From: Azolla caroliniana
Lineage: Eukaryota; Plantae; Polypodiophyta
DNA: 64,000 bases
NCBI GenBank assembly: GCA_043228905.1
Contig: JBHGNT010000004.1
Location: 6,882,001-6,946,000, forward strand
Direction: 5' to 3'
A model generated the notes under the pieces. It saw nothing but the letters and a program-made list of their open reading frames with translations. It ran no database searches and had not been told where the DNA came from. This document shows, in pieces, positions 23,701-36,238 of the stretch; position 1 is the first letter of the stretch, and every line of letters starts with the position of its first letter. A program made the position numbers and the translations under genes.

Positions 23701-26613
23701 TAGTTTCATATTTGTGTCTCTCTGTCCTCGCATTATGGTTTTTTTGTCGCAACTCCTCGGACAACACTACGCATGCTCTATTGGTGAGACCCTCCCCCCC
23801 CCCCCCCAAAACACCACACACACACGCACGCACGCATGCACACACCTACCACCAACATGTTCTCCTCCTCCGCCTGCATTTTCTTCGCTATCCGTCTATC
23901 TTTCTCTACGTACCTTATCCAAGCAGCACCTACCACTACGTTTTGCTCTCGCTTTCCTTCTTATCTAACATGTGATTCCCCCGATCGAATCGCGCTAGCC
24001 ACATTACACCCAACACCTACCCACCTGCATATAAAGCATGCGACCATATCTGCAAGACTAAAGTGAAACTCACCTACTTGCTTGCTTCTCAATTATAAAC
24101 TCTCTCTCTCTCTCTTTCTCTCTCTCAATTATCATACTTGATTTTGCTCCCCCTACTCCAGTCATGCGTTTTAGTTCACAGATACATTATCGTTTATTAT
24201 TTCCTTATACGAAGATTTTAGCCAATAAGGACAAATTATGTTTGAAGGAAGATTCATAAAAACATGGCCCCGCTGCATTTGTGAGTATGGCCATGAGAAA
24301 CGATAAATTATATATTGGAAACGAATAATATTATGTTTCAATTGTGCGGTCTATTTGTCGAATTCAAATTGCATCATGTTATCGATTTTCTGGTAAATTT
24401 GTCATTACACTATTAACTATGTCAAATGACCTAGCAACCCCCTTTATCTCCATTTATATTTATGTATGCACCGAATGCACGGAGGATGATAGTAAAAACA
24501 TTGAGATGGAGCATTCTGTTGTACTAAAATGATAATAGTTAACATTATATAAAGTCTTGGCGAACATTCATACTGGTTTGGGAACCAAATTTAACCTTAC
24601 ATACCACATGTTAATTATCTGTTTTTTCTAAGTGTATTGGTTTTTCATCCTCAAGATAAGGATCGCGTCTTTTGTTCTTAATGCATTATTGTTTTGGTTT
24701 CGTTGTTGATTGAAAGAGTACCTTTTGATGCGAACACGTTATGAGTTTCTTTTCGAAATTCACTCTCAATTTCCTTCGATTTTCAAATAACCAATCTTTG
24801 ACTATGATTAAGTGAAGGAAAGCACCACAAAGTCGCTCCAAAACTTTAATGATTGTTTCCTTTTAATATGTCGACATACACCATGAATAGCTTACAGTAC
24901 GAGGAAATGCCGAGAAAGGATTCAAATCTTACTTTTGAAAAGAGGGGCATTTTTTTAAGTCTCAATTTTGTTTTCGTTTGTTCCCTGATAATGTGAGTAA
25001 CCCCTTCCCCACATTACAACTAGCCGAACATTGATTCGAATGAAGCTCTTTAGTATTGCTCATATAATTCTTCCATATGCAAGGAAAATAAACACTTGAA
25101 AAAGAGTACAATGATGAGACCACCGTATAAAATATTATTAATTGTCAAACCACAAAGAAGAGATAGCATAGAACTTGTAAACCATGACGAATAAAGGTGT
25201 TGTGAAATTGTACGCACATGTTTACTATTGATGTAAAAGCAAATAGTTGCACCATGCACGCATCAATTCTACCTAAAGAGTAGTGTTATACATGACATCA
25301 CCTCGATTTTATGCCTATGACTTCCCTCGATCAATAAATCCAGATGTAGAATTAGGGCTTGTTTATGTATATCACGAGAGATGGTGGTAAATAGCCAATG
25401 AGAGACAAAATAGAGTGCACCGTTTTTGAACAAGTTAAAGGTGATGCTTTCTATTATTGCAGGCGACAACATAGGTTACATGGATATGCTATATTATCAA
25501 TATCAAATTTACAATTCTCTTTACCTTTTTTTTAAAGCGGACAAGAAGACGATATCAATAATGTAATTGTTAGGTAGCTTGAAAAAGCAAGGCAGTTTGT
25601 AAAGAAATGTCATTTAGCTGAAGCTTCCATAACGGGTATAGGATCCATATCTAGCACTATAGTACGTAACATACTCGAATGCATTTGCAAACATTCTTTT
25701 TCATATGTTTGCAAACAAATGTGTATGTTATGAAAACATACTTATGTTTTTTTTCACATTTTTTACCTTAACTTTCTTACCCTAAAATAAAGTTTTTCCT
25801 TATAATAAATAATGAATACTCAAAGTATGGTATTTACCATACTTCAAGGGTGTTTACCATACTCGAATGTGAATGCACATATGGTACTTATGGTTCATAC
25901 TATGTCTACACAACGTAGGACATGATCCCTTGGTGTTACCGCTCCTTAGCAATGCGGGGTCAAAGACCCACTCCCTAGGTATCCGGATCAAGGTATTGTG
26001 GTCAGAGGATGGAAAAATACTGACTGGTCGCACACGATAGTGCAATGCTACACATAGATGTAAAAAGGTACGTTCACATAAAACTATACCTGATTGGATT
26101 GTAGTATGCACTTGAACACAAGATCTGAGTTGGCTACAATAGACTGATATATTATAGTACATAGTTTTAAAAGAATCAATTAGAACACAGACATCGAGTG
26201 CAAGCAAACAAAGATTCTATTAGAAGACTGACTCAATACAATCGGTAACCTTTTACAGTGTTGCATGCCCCTTTTTGTAGGGGCATGGATAGTTACGTCA
26301 AGCGTGTGAACCGTTACCACTCTCTCGCTAATAATTTACATACGTTATGTTACATTTGTCACTTATGCTTGTCCCTATCCCTACCACCCTTTCACACCTT
26401 GGCCGTCCTTCAGCCTCTTTCTATACTTTGGTCATCCTAGCCGGCCAACACTTGGAAGCAAGGGTTGAATTTTAAGATGAGGAAATACACAATCTTTAGA
26501 ATTTAGACAAAGAACTTCATCAAAGGCATAAATTGATGACCACATATTTCTAAGCTTGTAAAATATGACTGGTGCAAATATTTACAACAATAAACTAATA
26601 CACACACACACAC

Positions 26614-26648
<35 letters not shown>

Positions 26649-29600
26649 ATGACTGATAAACAATTATTTGAAGTTTTATGGGTTCAAATTGTTCACTTTA
26701 TTTTATTTCGTACGGGATTAACGGAACCAAGAACTTAGGACATACCCCCAAAAATGTTCATGAACTTTGTCTGCCCTTTCTATGTATTTGTGCATTTGAC
26801 ACGCTAAATGCATTTAAAAAATGAGAATCGTGGCAAAATGACTTTACAACTTTTCATCTATACGACTCTACATATTGAACTATTTTGTTTCTTTGTGTAT
26901 GCCGTCGTATACAATATTTATAGTTATCTAAGTGTCATAATCAAAACAACTAGTCATGACTATACATTGTCTAACATATCCCATGAGATATATTAAATGG
27001 ATATAAATCACTACTGCAAATGTACCCTCTAATGCATGCTAGATTTATATATGTCTTACCTTTACCTCTAAGTTAGTCCAAACCGATTCATACAACTTTA
27101 TGTCTCAATCATACAGACAAATGAGATTACCCCCTCAATCAACAAATGTTTCAATGTATGTGCCAAATGCATTGAAACAAATGATTTGCACTTTAAATAG
27201 TTTGATTAAAAAGTAAGGTGCAATTGATACATTACAAGCAAAGGATTATGTTGATAAAACTTATTTTCTACATGGTGACGCAAAAACTTTAACTGCAAAG
27301 GATGGTGAAGTGTCACAACGTTGACAATCTTCGTGCAATTTTTTTAAATTTCTTGGGGGGATTTTCTATTCCAATTTGATTTATGATGACATTGTCTTAC
27401 GACATCCTACACACCACACTCTTCATGAGGGTTCCCACTTTGCATTGTATCCAACCTTCAATACATCCTCTCTATATAAGCTACAATGCTCTCAACACAT
27501 GACAACAAGTGTTAGGTTATTTAATGTAACCCAAATCGTGACCCATTGGAGATAGTTGGGATTCACTAGACTCTATGAATACATATTGTTAGAGTCTAAC
27601 CAATTAATTGAGTAGAACATAAGGAATTTTAGAACAATGAAAGGAAAAAGCGGTACCCAACTACCCCTTATTGACGATGTGAGACGGACCGAACCTCCTT
27701 GATGTCCCATTCCACCATTAAAGTCGTTGACCTCTACTAGTAGTAAATTTCATGTTAGATCCATTACTTCGCCCTCCTAGCCATTGAGGTGTTCCATAGT
27801 GTTTTGTGTCGCTTCCATGTACCTCACGGAAATGTATCTATAGATTGATAGGAGTTTTTACTATCTCCTGATGTTGTTGGTCTAATAAAGATTAGGTAGA
27901 TAAAGAATGAGCTTTAATATGCTAATGGGAAGGGAACTCTAAAGAATGAAGAAGAGCTTAAATTGTGTAGGATCTATATATCGATGGAGTTAATCTTGTT
28001 AGGAAATGGGGCTCAAACACAACTAAATGACGAGCACAAGAGTGGGAAAAACAGAGTACTAAACACAAAAAGGATGCAACAACATAGTGACACAAGATAT
28101 TAACGTGAAAAAACCCTTGAAAGGGAAAAAAGCATGGGAGTTCACAAACTCCAAATAATCACTAGAGTGGGAGAAGAAGTTCACAGGAGATTATAAGGCA
28201 ACAACCTTATATTCGTCTTTGCCAAACTGACGGTTACAATAGAGTTCACACTCACTCTCTCAGTCTGTATAGTGATAACTAACTCTACACAACAACCTTA
28301 CTGACATGTTAGCCCTAAGTATATATATATATATATACTTATCCACTATAATGGTTATTTACAAATATAGCCTCTGATTGGCTACGATTGGATCGGGAAT
28401 CGGGAATCAAGATGCATGTTGGATGTCTTCCTGACTGATCTGGTTCCTCGTCGGATCCGGCTGACCGACACGTCCCATCGGGAGGGACTTGTTTCCCAAC
28501 AAACTCCCCCTTCACTTTGGAATGGGATGATCCACCAGAACTGCCTGTTGTTGACATACTTTTAGCTTGTCCATTTGTAGCACCTTGGTCAGCATGTCTG
28601 ATCCATTTTCATTTGTGTGAATCTTCATTAAGTCGAAATTCCTTTCCTCTACCCTCTCTCTAAGCTAGTGATATCTCCGTTGGATATGCTTTGTTCTCGA
28701 GTGATAGGCGACATGTTTTGCAAGGTGGATGGCACTTTGATTGTCACTGTGGAGTCAGAATTGCTCTTGATGAATCCCCAACTCATCGATGAAATCCTTC
28801 ATCCAAATTATCTCCTTGCCGGTTTCAACAACAACCATGTACTTTGCTTTTGTGGTTGACAGTGCCACAGTCTTCAAAAACCTTGATTGTAACGAGTTAG
28901 CTCCCCCTGCATATATCATCACATTCCCGGATGTGGATCAGCTGGCATCCACATCAGTCGACATGTCTGAGTCAATGAAACCTTCTAATATGGGGTTACC
29001 TGAGCCGAATTGGAGGCACACACTTGAGGTGTCTCTCAGGTATCAAAGTATCCACTTCACTGTAGCCTAATGCTCTCTTACGGGATTGCTCATATATCAG
29101 ATGACGACTCCGACAACATATCCAATGTTCGGCTTGGTGTAGACCATTGCATAAATAAAGCTTCCGATTGCTGAGGCGTATGGGACCTTGCTCATTTCAG
29201 CCTTCTCCGTTTTCGTCTTCCGACATTGTCTCTCGGACAACTTGCAGTTTGTCGGCAATGTCGAGCCGACTGGCTTCACGTTTTCTATGTTGAATCTCTG
29301 GAGCACCTTTGTCACGTATTTCTCCTGTGACAGCCACAACAACTTCTGTGTCCTGTCCTGAACAATGTGACAGGAATATGCGGAATAATCTTTGGCAACA
29401 ACCGAGACTTAGATCACTTAATGATAATCAAACACAGAAGAAATGAGAAATGGAAGTAAGTACACAAACAGAAGAGAATGCACAGGATGTTAATGTGGAA
29501 ACCCTAAACGGGAAAAACCACGGGAGACCACAGACTCCGAACTATCACTATGTAAGGAGAATACAACAAGGGAACACAGAGGCAACGACCTCGTGCTCAC

Positions 29601-29995
29601 AATCTTCGCCTAGTGGTGGTTACAGCAGAGACTCACTCTGTCTCTGTCTGTCTCTGACTCTCTTTCCCTCTGCTATGCTCTGTGCAACAATTGCACCAAA
29701 ATAACACTATACAAAATAATGACAATACAATGATACACACACACACACACACACACACACACTTTGTTTGCCCTATGTCATATTTATACTAATATGGATT
29801 TAGGACTATTTATAGATATATCCCCAATGGTCTCTTAGAAGCATATTTCCATATATGTCCCTTCATCCGGTTCCCCCCGGGTCTTCCTTATTGGGTACTC
29901 ATCATCCGGTTCTCACCGGGCCTTCATCATCCCATTTGGAGGGACCAAGATCCTAACAAACTCCCCCTTCACTCCGGCATGGGATGTTTGGTTAG

Positions 29996-30563
29996 TCCAA
30001 TTCGCTTCTGGCATGCGTCCAGCTTGTCGGGCGTCAACACCTTGGTTAGGATATCTGACCCATTCTCCTCTGTGTGGATCTTCATCAGCACGAACTCTCG
30101 ATCTTCCACTTGCTCCCGGATCCAGTGGTACCTCCGCTTGATGTGCTTCGTCCTGGAATGATACGCCGTGGATGGCACTTTGACTGTCGCAATAGAGCCG
30201 ATATTCCAATTCGCTTCTGGCATGCGTCCAGCTTGTCGGGCGTCAACACCTTGGTTAGGATATCTGACCCATTCTCCTCTGTGTGGATCTTCATCAGCAC
30301 GAACTCTCGATCTTCCACTTGCTCCCGGATCCAGTGGTACCTCCGCTTGATGTGCTTCATCCTGGAATGATACGCCGTGGATGGCACTTTGACTGTCGCA
30401 ATAGAGCCGATATTCCAATTCGCTTCTGGCATGCGTCCAGCTTGTCGGGCGTCAACACCTTGGTTAGGATATCTGACCCATTCTCCTATGTGTGGATCTT
30501 CATCAGCACAAACTCTCGATCTTCCACTTGCTCCCGGATCCAGTGGTACCTCCGCTTGATGTG
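29996..30563. repeat. 209-bp tandem triplication in the RNase H of element B; third copy interrupted by Gypsy G
   Basis: Unit starts tccaattcgcttctgg at 29996, 30205 and 30414. Confidence 0.95.
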
Positions 30564-33500
30564 TGTCAGGAACAATACTAAGACAGAGAAGGAATTAGTA
30601 CTAAAAGAAGTATTAGTACTACAAGAGGTGAAGAACTCTCGAGAGAAGGAAAGAGTGAGTGAGAGGGAGGGAGAGAGAGATCGAGAGAGAGAGAGAGAGT
30701 GATGATAAGAAAAGATATATATTATGTGAAGAAAATGTACAGTAGCTAGGAGGCTTAAGACTGGCGTTGAACCGATTTGGTTCGAAATAATGCCTTGTCC
30801 CTCCTTTTATAGTGTTCTAAGGAATACTCCTGAAGTTTTTAGAATGTTCCAGAGAAATCTGGAATATACATCAATTTTCTATAATAAAACATAAAAGAAA
30901 ATAATATTTTACGTATTATAATGTATAGTCTAATGGTCAAGAGCTCGACCCATGTAGCATAAGGTCATGGGTTCGAGTCTTGCCATATCATGACACTATC
31001 CCCCCTTTAAAACGACGAGTGTAACGAGTCGTTTTGGATTGAGGACCCGGTTTGTCTGGATATTGACGATGGAAGTCTTCAAGAAGAGCACGAGCATTAG
31101 TGACATTCTCTATCGGTTCCCAAGTACGCTCGCTGGGACTATATCCTAGCCAATCGACTAGATAGTAGAGCTTGTTGCGAACAAGCTTGGAATCAAGGAT
31201 GGCGGCAACCTCGTACTCAGGTCCATCTTCAAGCTCGATCGGGGGTGGAGGCTGTGTAATACGTCCTGGGATGGTGCTCTCTTGATAGGGTTCAAGGAAA
31301 GAACTATGAAACACCGGATGTATCCGAAGTTGTGGAGGTAGATCAAGACGAAAAGCGACATCATTAATCTTTCCTATAATACGGAAGGGACCTAATCGCC
31401 GATAATCCAACTTCTCGCATGGGCGAGTAGTCTTGATGTGTCGTCGGAGTAGCCATACCCGATCTCCAATGTTAAAACTAGATGGGAGTCGATGACGATC
31501 CGCATAAACCTTGTGTGTTTCTTGAGCTTGTTGGAGATGAGTAGATAAATCCGCTTGTATCTTGCGTAACCTCTCCAAACGATCCTCTGCGCAAGGATTT
31601 GTGGACACCTTTGGGGTTTCAAGTACACACCACCGGGGGTGACATCCTGTATAAGCATAAAATGGTGTAACTTTAGTGGATGCGTGGATAGAGTTGTTAT
31701 AGGCAAATTCGGCGAAGTGGAGAATATCTGCCCAGTCATCCTGATGATAGCTGAGAAAGCACCGCAGATACTGCTCTAGCGTTTGATTAGTTCGTTCGGC
31801 TTGGCCGTCGGTTTGTGGGTGGTAGCCGGAGGAGAGGTTACAAGTGACCTTGAGAATGTTAAAAAGGTGCTTCCAGAATTTTGACACGAACTGGGGTCCA
31901 CGGTCGCTGATGATACTATCGGAAGTCCATGATGCCGACATACTTCACGCATGACAATTTCGGCAGTGTCTTCACTGGAGATCTCCTTAGTACATGGCAA
32001 GAAATGAGCCATCTTCGTATATCGATCGACCACTGTTAGAATCGCATTGAACCCCTTAGAGACTGGAAGATCTGTGATGAAGTCTAGAGCAATGGATTGC
32101 CACGACTTGCTTGGAATTGGTAATGGTTGTAATAAACCATATGGATGATGCCTTGGCATTTTCGCTCTGCAGCATGTATCACACGTCCGAACAAAATCCT
32201 TGACAAATTGTCGCATACAGGGCCACCAGAATGATCGTTGTACTAAATGTAACGTTTTAGTACTACCAAAATGCCCAGCTGTATATGTGTCATGATAGTT
32301 TTGTACTACTTGAAGGCGGCAAGAACCATTAGGAACGTACAAAAGTTCTTTAAAGAAGAGTAATCCATCATGGTATTTGAATTGCTGATAGTCCGTACCT
32401 GGTGGTTGCGACTGTGAACACGACGCTCGAGAGGGATCAATTTGTGCTAGTATAGCTTGGGCGAACGCATCTGTCTTCAAGTCTTCGCGTATGGTATCGA
32501 TAATGCGGGAATCCATGGGCATGTCAAAGATCTGTGTTGCGTGTAGTCGTGCCGGTCCCAAGATGACTTGTTTTTGGTTATCGAAAGTTGGCTCGCCGGG
32601 ACGGGGTGCTAGATACGAACGCCGTGATAATGCATCTGCCTTCCCTTGGTGCTTCCCCAGACGATATGCAATTTTGAAGTCAAAACGCGTGAGGAAGTGG
32701 GCCCATCGAGCTTGACGTCGATTCAACACACGAGCATCCTGAAAGTAGGCAAGGTTCTTGTGGTCACTAAATACGGTGACCGGATGAGAGGATCCCTCCA
32801 GAAAATGCCTCCATTGCATAAAAGAATGCACTATTGCCAATAGCTCCTTATCATGAATTTCATAGTTGATTTCGGCGGCGTCAAACTTGCGTGAGTGAAA
32901 AGCCACAGGATGTAGCTTCTCATCATTCCCCTGTTGTGACAGAATGCTCCCCAATGCAAAATCCGATGCGTCAGCTTCGATAATGAATGATTTTTCCGGA
33001 TCGACATGAGCTAGAATTGGAGCCGATGTAAATGCCTTTTTAAGACTCTCGAAAGCCATGTCCGTTTCTTCAGACCAGATGAACGGTTGTCCCTTCCTGG
33101 TAAGTTGTGTGAGAGGTAGAACGATCTTTGAGTAATCTTGTATGAACTTCCGGTAAAAATTGGCAAAGCCTAGGAAGCATTGCACATCCCGCACCGAACG
33201 CGGAGTCTACCATTCTACCACAGTTTTGACCTTAGCTGGGTCCATGGAGATGCCTTCTGACGAAATGATGTAGCCGAGAAATTCCACTTGGTTGCACCCG
33301 AAACTACATTTTTCCAGCTTTGCATACATACCATGTTCTCGAAGTCATTTTAGTACTAATAGTACATGAGAATCATGTTCTTCTTGGGTCTTTGAATAAA
33401 CCAGTAGATCATCCAAATAGATGATCAAACAATCATCCAATAGATCTCGGAATATATCATTAGCCATGTGCTGGAAGACTGCCGGCGCATTAGTGAGGCC

Positions 33501-35517
33501 GAACGACATGACCATATACTCGAAGTGCCCATATCTGGTGCGAAACGCGGTCTTCCATTCGTCTCCTGGTCGGATCTGTACGAGGTTATATGCTCCCGGT
33601 AAGTCGATCTTCGTGAAGAACCTGACACCATTGATCCGTTCTAAAAGACTTGAGATAAGGGGAAGAGCATACCTATTCCTGATTGTAACCTTATTCAGGC
33701 CACGGTAATCTACAACGAGACGAAGCGATCCATCCTTTTTCTTGATGAAGAAAATGGGCGCGCCGGCTGGAGATTTCGAATGCCGAATGAAACCATTTTC
33801 CAAATTCTCCTCTATATAGGCCCGAAGGACTTCCAGCTCGGTTGGTGACAAATTGTAGATCGGTCCCCATGGCGGCTCTTTTTCCGGTTGTAAATCGATG
33901 GGGCAATCGTACGGTCGATGATGAGGAAGTGTGTTGGCTTGTACTTTATCGAACACATCGGCGTAATGACGATACTTCTAGGGAAGTTGAACGGTGGATT
34001 CTTCTTTAGTGGTGCTGGAGGGGTTTACTGATATTGCAAAGAGGAACATTTCCTCCTTGCGCCCTTCTTTACGCAACTAATGTAGCGAAATGGTTGCCAT
34101 CTTCTGAGTTGACCCTTGGGTTTGTCGACACTGGATTTCTCTTGTTCTCCAATCTTTGTCTGGGTTATGTAACTCGAACCACGACAATCCTAAAACTATG
34201 GGATGTTCTGGGATACTAATAATATTAAATGATACTACACATGCTAAGTTATCTAGGACAATATTAATGGGCTCTGACTCTTCTATGATATTTCCGGAAG
34301 CAATGGGACGTCCATCAATGACTACTAGAGAGGCTGGACATTGGAGTTTTCTTAGGGATATCTTATGAGGTTGAGCAAATTTCTTATCCATAAAGCAAGA
34401 GTTAGCTGCTTTTCTTCTTCGGATAATGGCCCTCGATGACGTGTAGTATCAATCTCCATCGGAGTCGGAGTATTCGCTGGAGGCGCATTATATGACTCCC
34501 TCGGAAAAGGTCTTGCTACCACTAAGGCGTAGGTGGGCTCTGATCTTGCCCTCGGCATCTGTAGCTGTCGTTCCGAACGTCGCTCAAAGAGGTGGTTGTC
34601 ACATCTCACCGCGCGACTGATTGCTTCTGTTAAGGACTTTGGCTCTTCGGGGAAGGTCAAGAGTAAATCCTTGACGTCGTTGCGTAAACCATAACGGAAT
34701 TGCTCCATCAACGCTTGATCATCCCAAGGGATATCGGCGGCGAGTAGACGAAAATCTGCAGCGTATGCGGAGGCTGGACGGTCACCTTAGCGTAATCGCC
34801 GAATTTTGTTGATTGCGGTCCTGATGTTGTCAGTATCTCCAAAACATGCTTTAAACTCACCTAGAAACTCTTCAAAATTGTTGAGTAACGGAGATTCCTT
34901 TTCTAATAGCGGAGCGAACCATGCCAACGCTTAGCCACTTAACAAAGTGCCTACTAAACCCACTCGTGATGCATCGGTGGGATATCGGGAAGGATGCATT
35001 TGAATAACTAATTGTACCTGGTTAAGGAACCCTCTAAATTGCGATCGTGTTCCATCGAACTTCATGGGAAGGCCAATCTTGGGTTCTTTATGAATCCCTT
35101 GTGTTCCGGGCCCTTGTTGTTGCATCGCTACGATGGTTGCTTCGAGTTGTTGCACGCATAACGCAAGTTCCCCATGCTGTTGTTGCGTTTGCTGCTTTTC
35201 TAAGGAGATTTGTTGAAGATCCCCCAGCAACCGTTGGTTTTCTTGTTCCAAAGCATGGAACTTCTCTTTCAAGCATTGAAATTCCGAGAAAACAGATTGA
35301 TATTCTTCAGCGCTAACAGTGGCCATGGGATGAAAGAAAAGAGGAATAAGAGATTAGTGGGAAATGAGAGAGACAGAAGGTAGGGCAAATCGGTTCAAAC
35401 TGTCAGGAACAGTACTAAGACAGAGAAGGAATTAGTACTAAAAGAAGTATTAGTACTACAAGAGGTGAAGAACTCTCGAGAGAAGGAAAGAGTGAGTGAG
35501 AGGGAGGGAGGGAGAGA

Positions 35518-35557
<40 letters not shown>

Positions 35558-35850
35558 TGATAAGAAAAGATATATATTATGTGAAGAAAATGTACAGTAG
35601 CTAGGAGGCTTAAGATTGGCGTTGAACCGATTTGGTTCGAAATAATGCCTTGTCCCTCCTTTTATGGTGTTCTAAGGAATACTCCTGAAGTTTCTAGAAT
35701 GTTCCAGAGAAATCTGGAATATACATCAATTTTATATAATAAAACATAAAAGAAAATAATATTCTACGTATTACAATGTATAGTCAAATGGTCAAGAGCT
35801 CGACCCATGTAGCATAAGGTCATGGGTTCGAGTCTTGCCATATCATGACA
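30564..35850 (-). mobile_element. Chromodomain Gypsy element G (Tcn1-like). LTRs 35401-35850 (5') and 30564-30995 (3'), TSD ATGTG, internally deleted.
   Basis: ATGTG at 30559-30563 and 35851-35855; TG...CA LTRs; PPT aaggggggatag. gag from 35326, RT YLDD, RH, INT, C-terminal chromodomain YEVAAILD...YLVDWLGY...TWEP. Several stops and frameshifts. Confidence 0.95.
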
Positions 35851-35967
35851 ATGTGCTTTCTCTTGGAATGATACGCCACGTTCTTCGCAATGTGGATGGC
35901 ACTTTGACTGTCGCAACAGAGCCGATATTCCTCTTGCCGGATCCCTAACTCTCTGATGAAGTCTTTC

Positions 35968-36238
35968 ATCCATAATATTTCCTTGCCGGCTTCCACAATC
36001 GCCATGTACTCCGCCTCCGTGGTTGGCAACGCAACCGTCTTCAGCAACCTCGACTGCCACGAATAACTCCCCTTGCATATGTCATAACATATCTCAATGT
36101 TGATCCATAATATTTCCTTGACGGCTTCCACAATCGCCATGTACTCCGCCTCCGTGGCTGGCAATGCAACCGTCTTCTACAACCTCGACTGCCACGAAAC
36201 AACTCCCCTTGCATATGTCATAACATATCTCAATGTTG
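35968..36238. repeat. About 135-bp tandem duplication in the RNase H of element B
   Basis: atccataatatttcc starts at 35968 and 36103; encodes TEAEYMAIVEA twice. Confidence 0.9.

Noticed and set aside
23367-24066. ORFs rich in YI/HT dipeptides
   Set aside because: Translations of TA and CA microsatellites.
24500-26200. Faint SWIM-like (FTIDVKANSCT) and Tudor-like (RIKVLWSEDGK) peptides suggesting a MULE remnant
   Set aside because: Too short and interrupted to support without a profile search.
29996-30563. CRISPR-like array
   Set aside because: Eukaryotic context; head-to-tail RNase H duplications with no unique spacers.
30919-30991. Functional tRNA gene
   Set aside because: Anticodon and acceptor stems do not pair; kept only as a tRNA-like box cassette.
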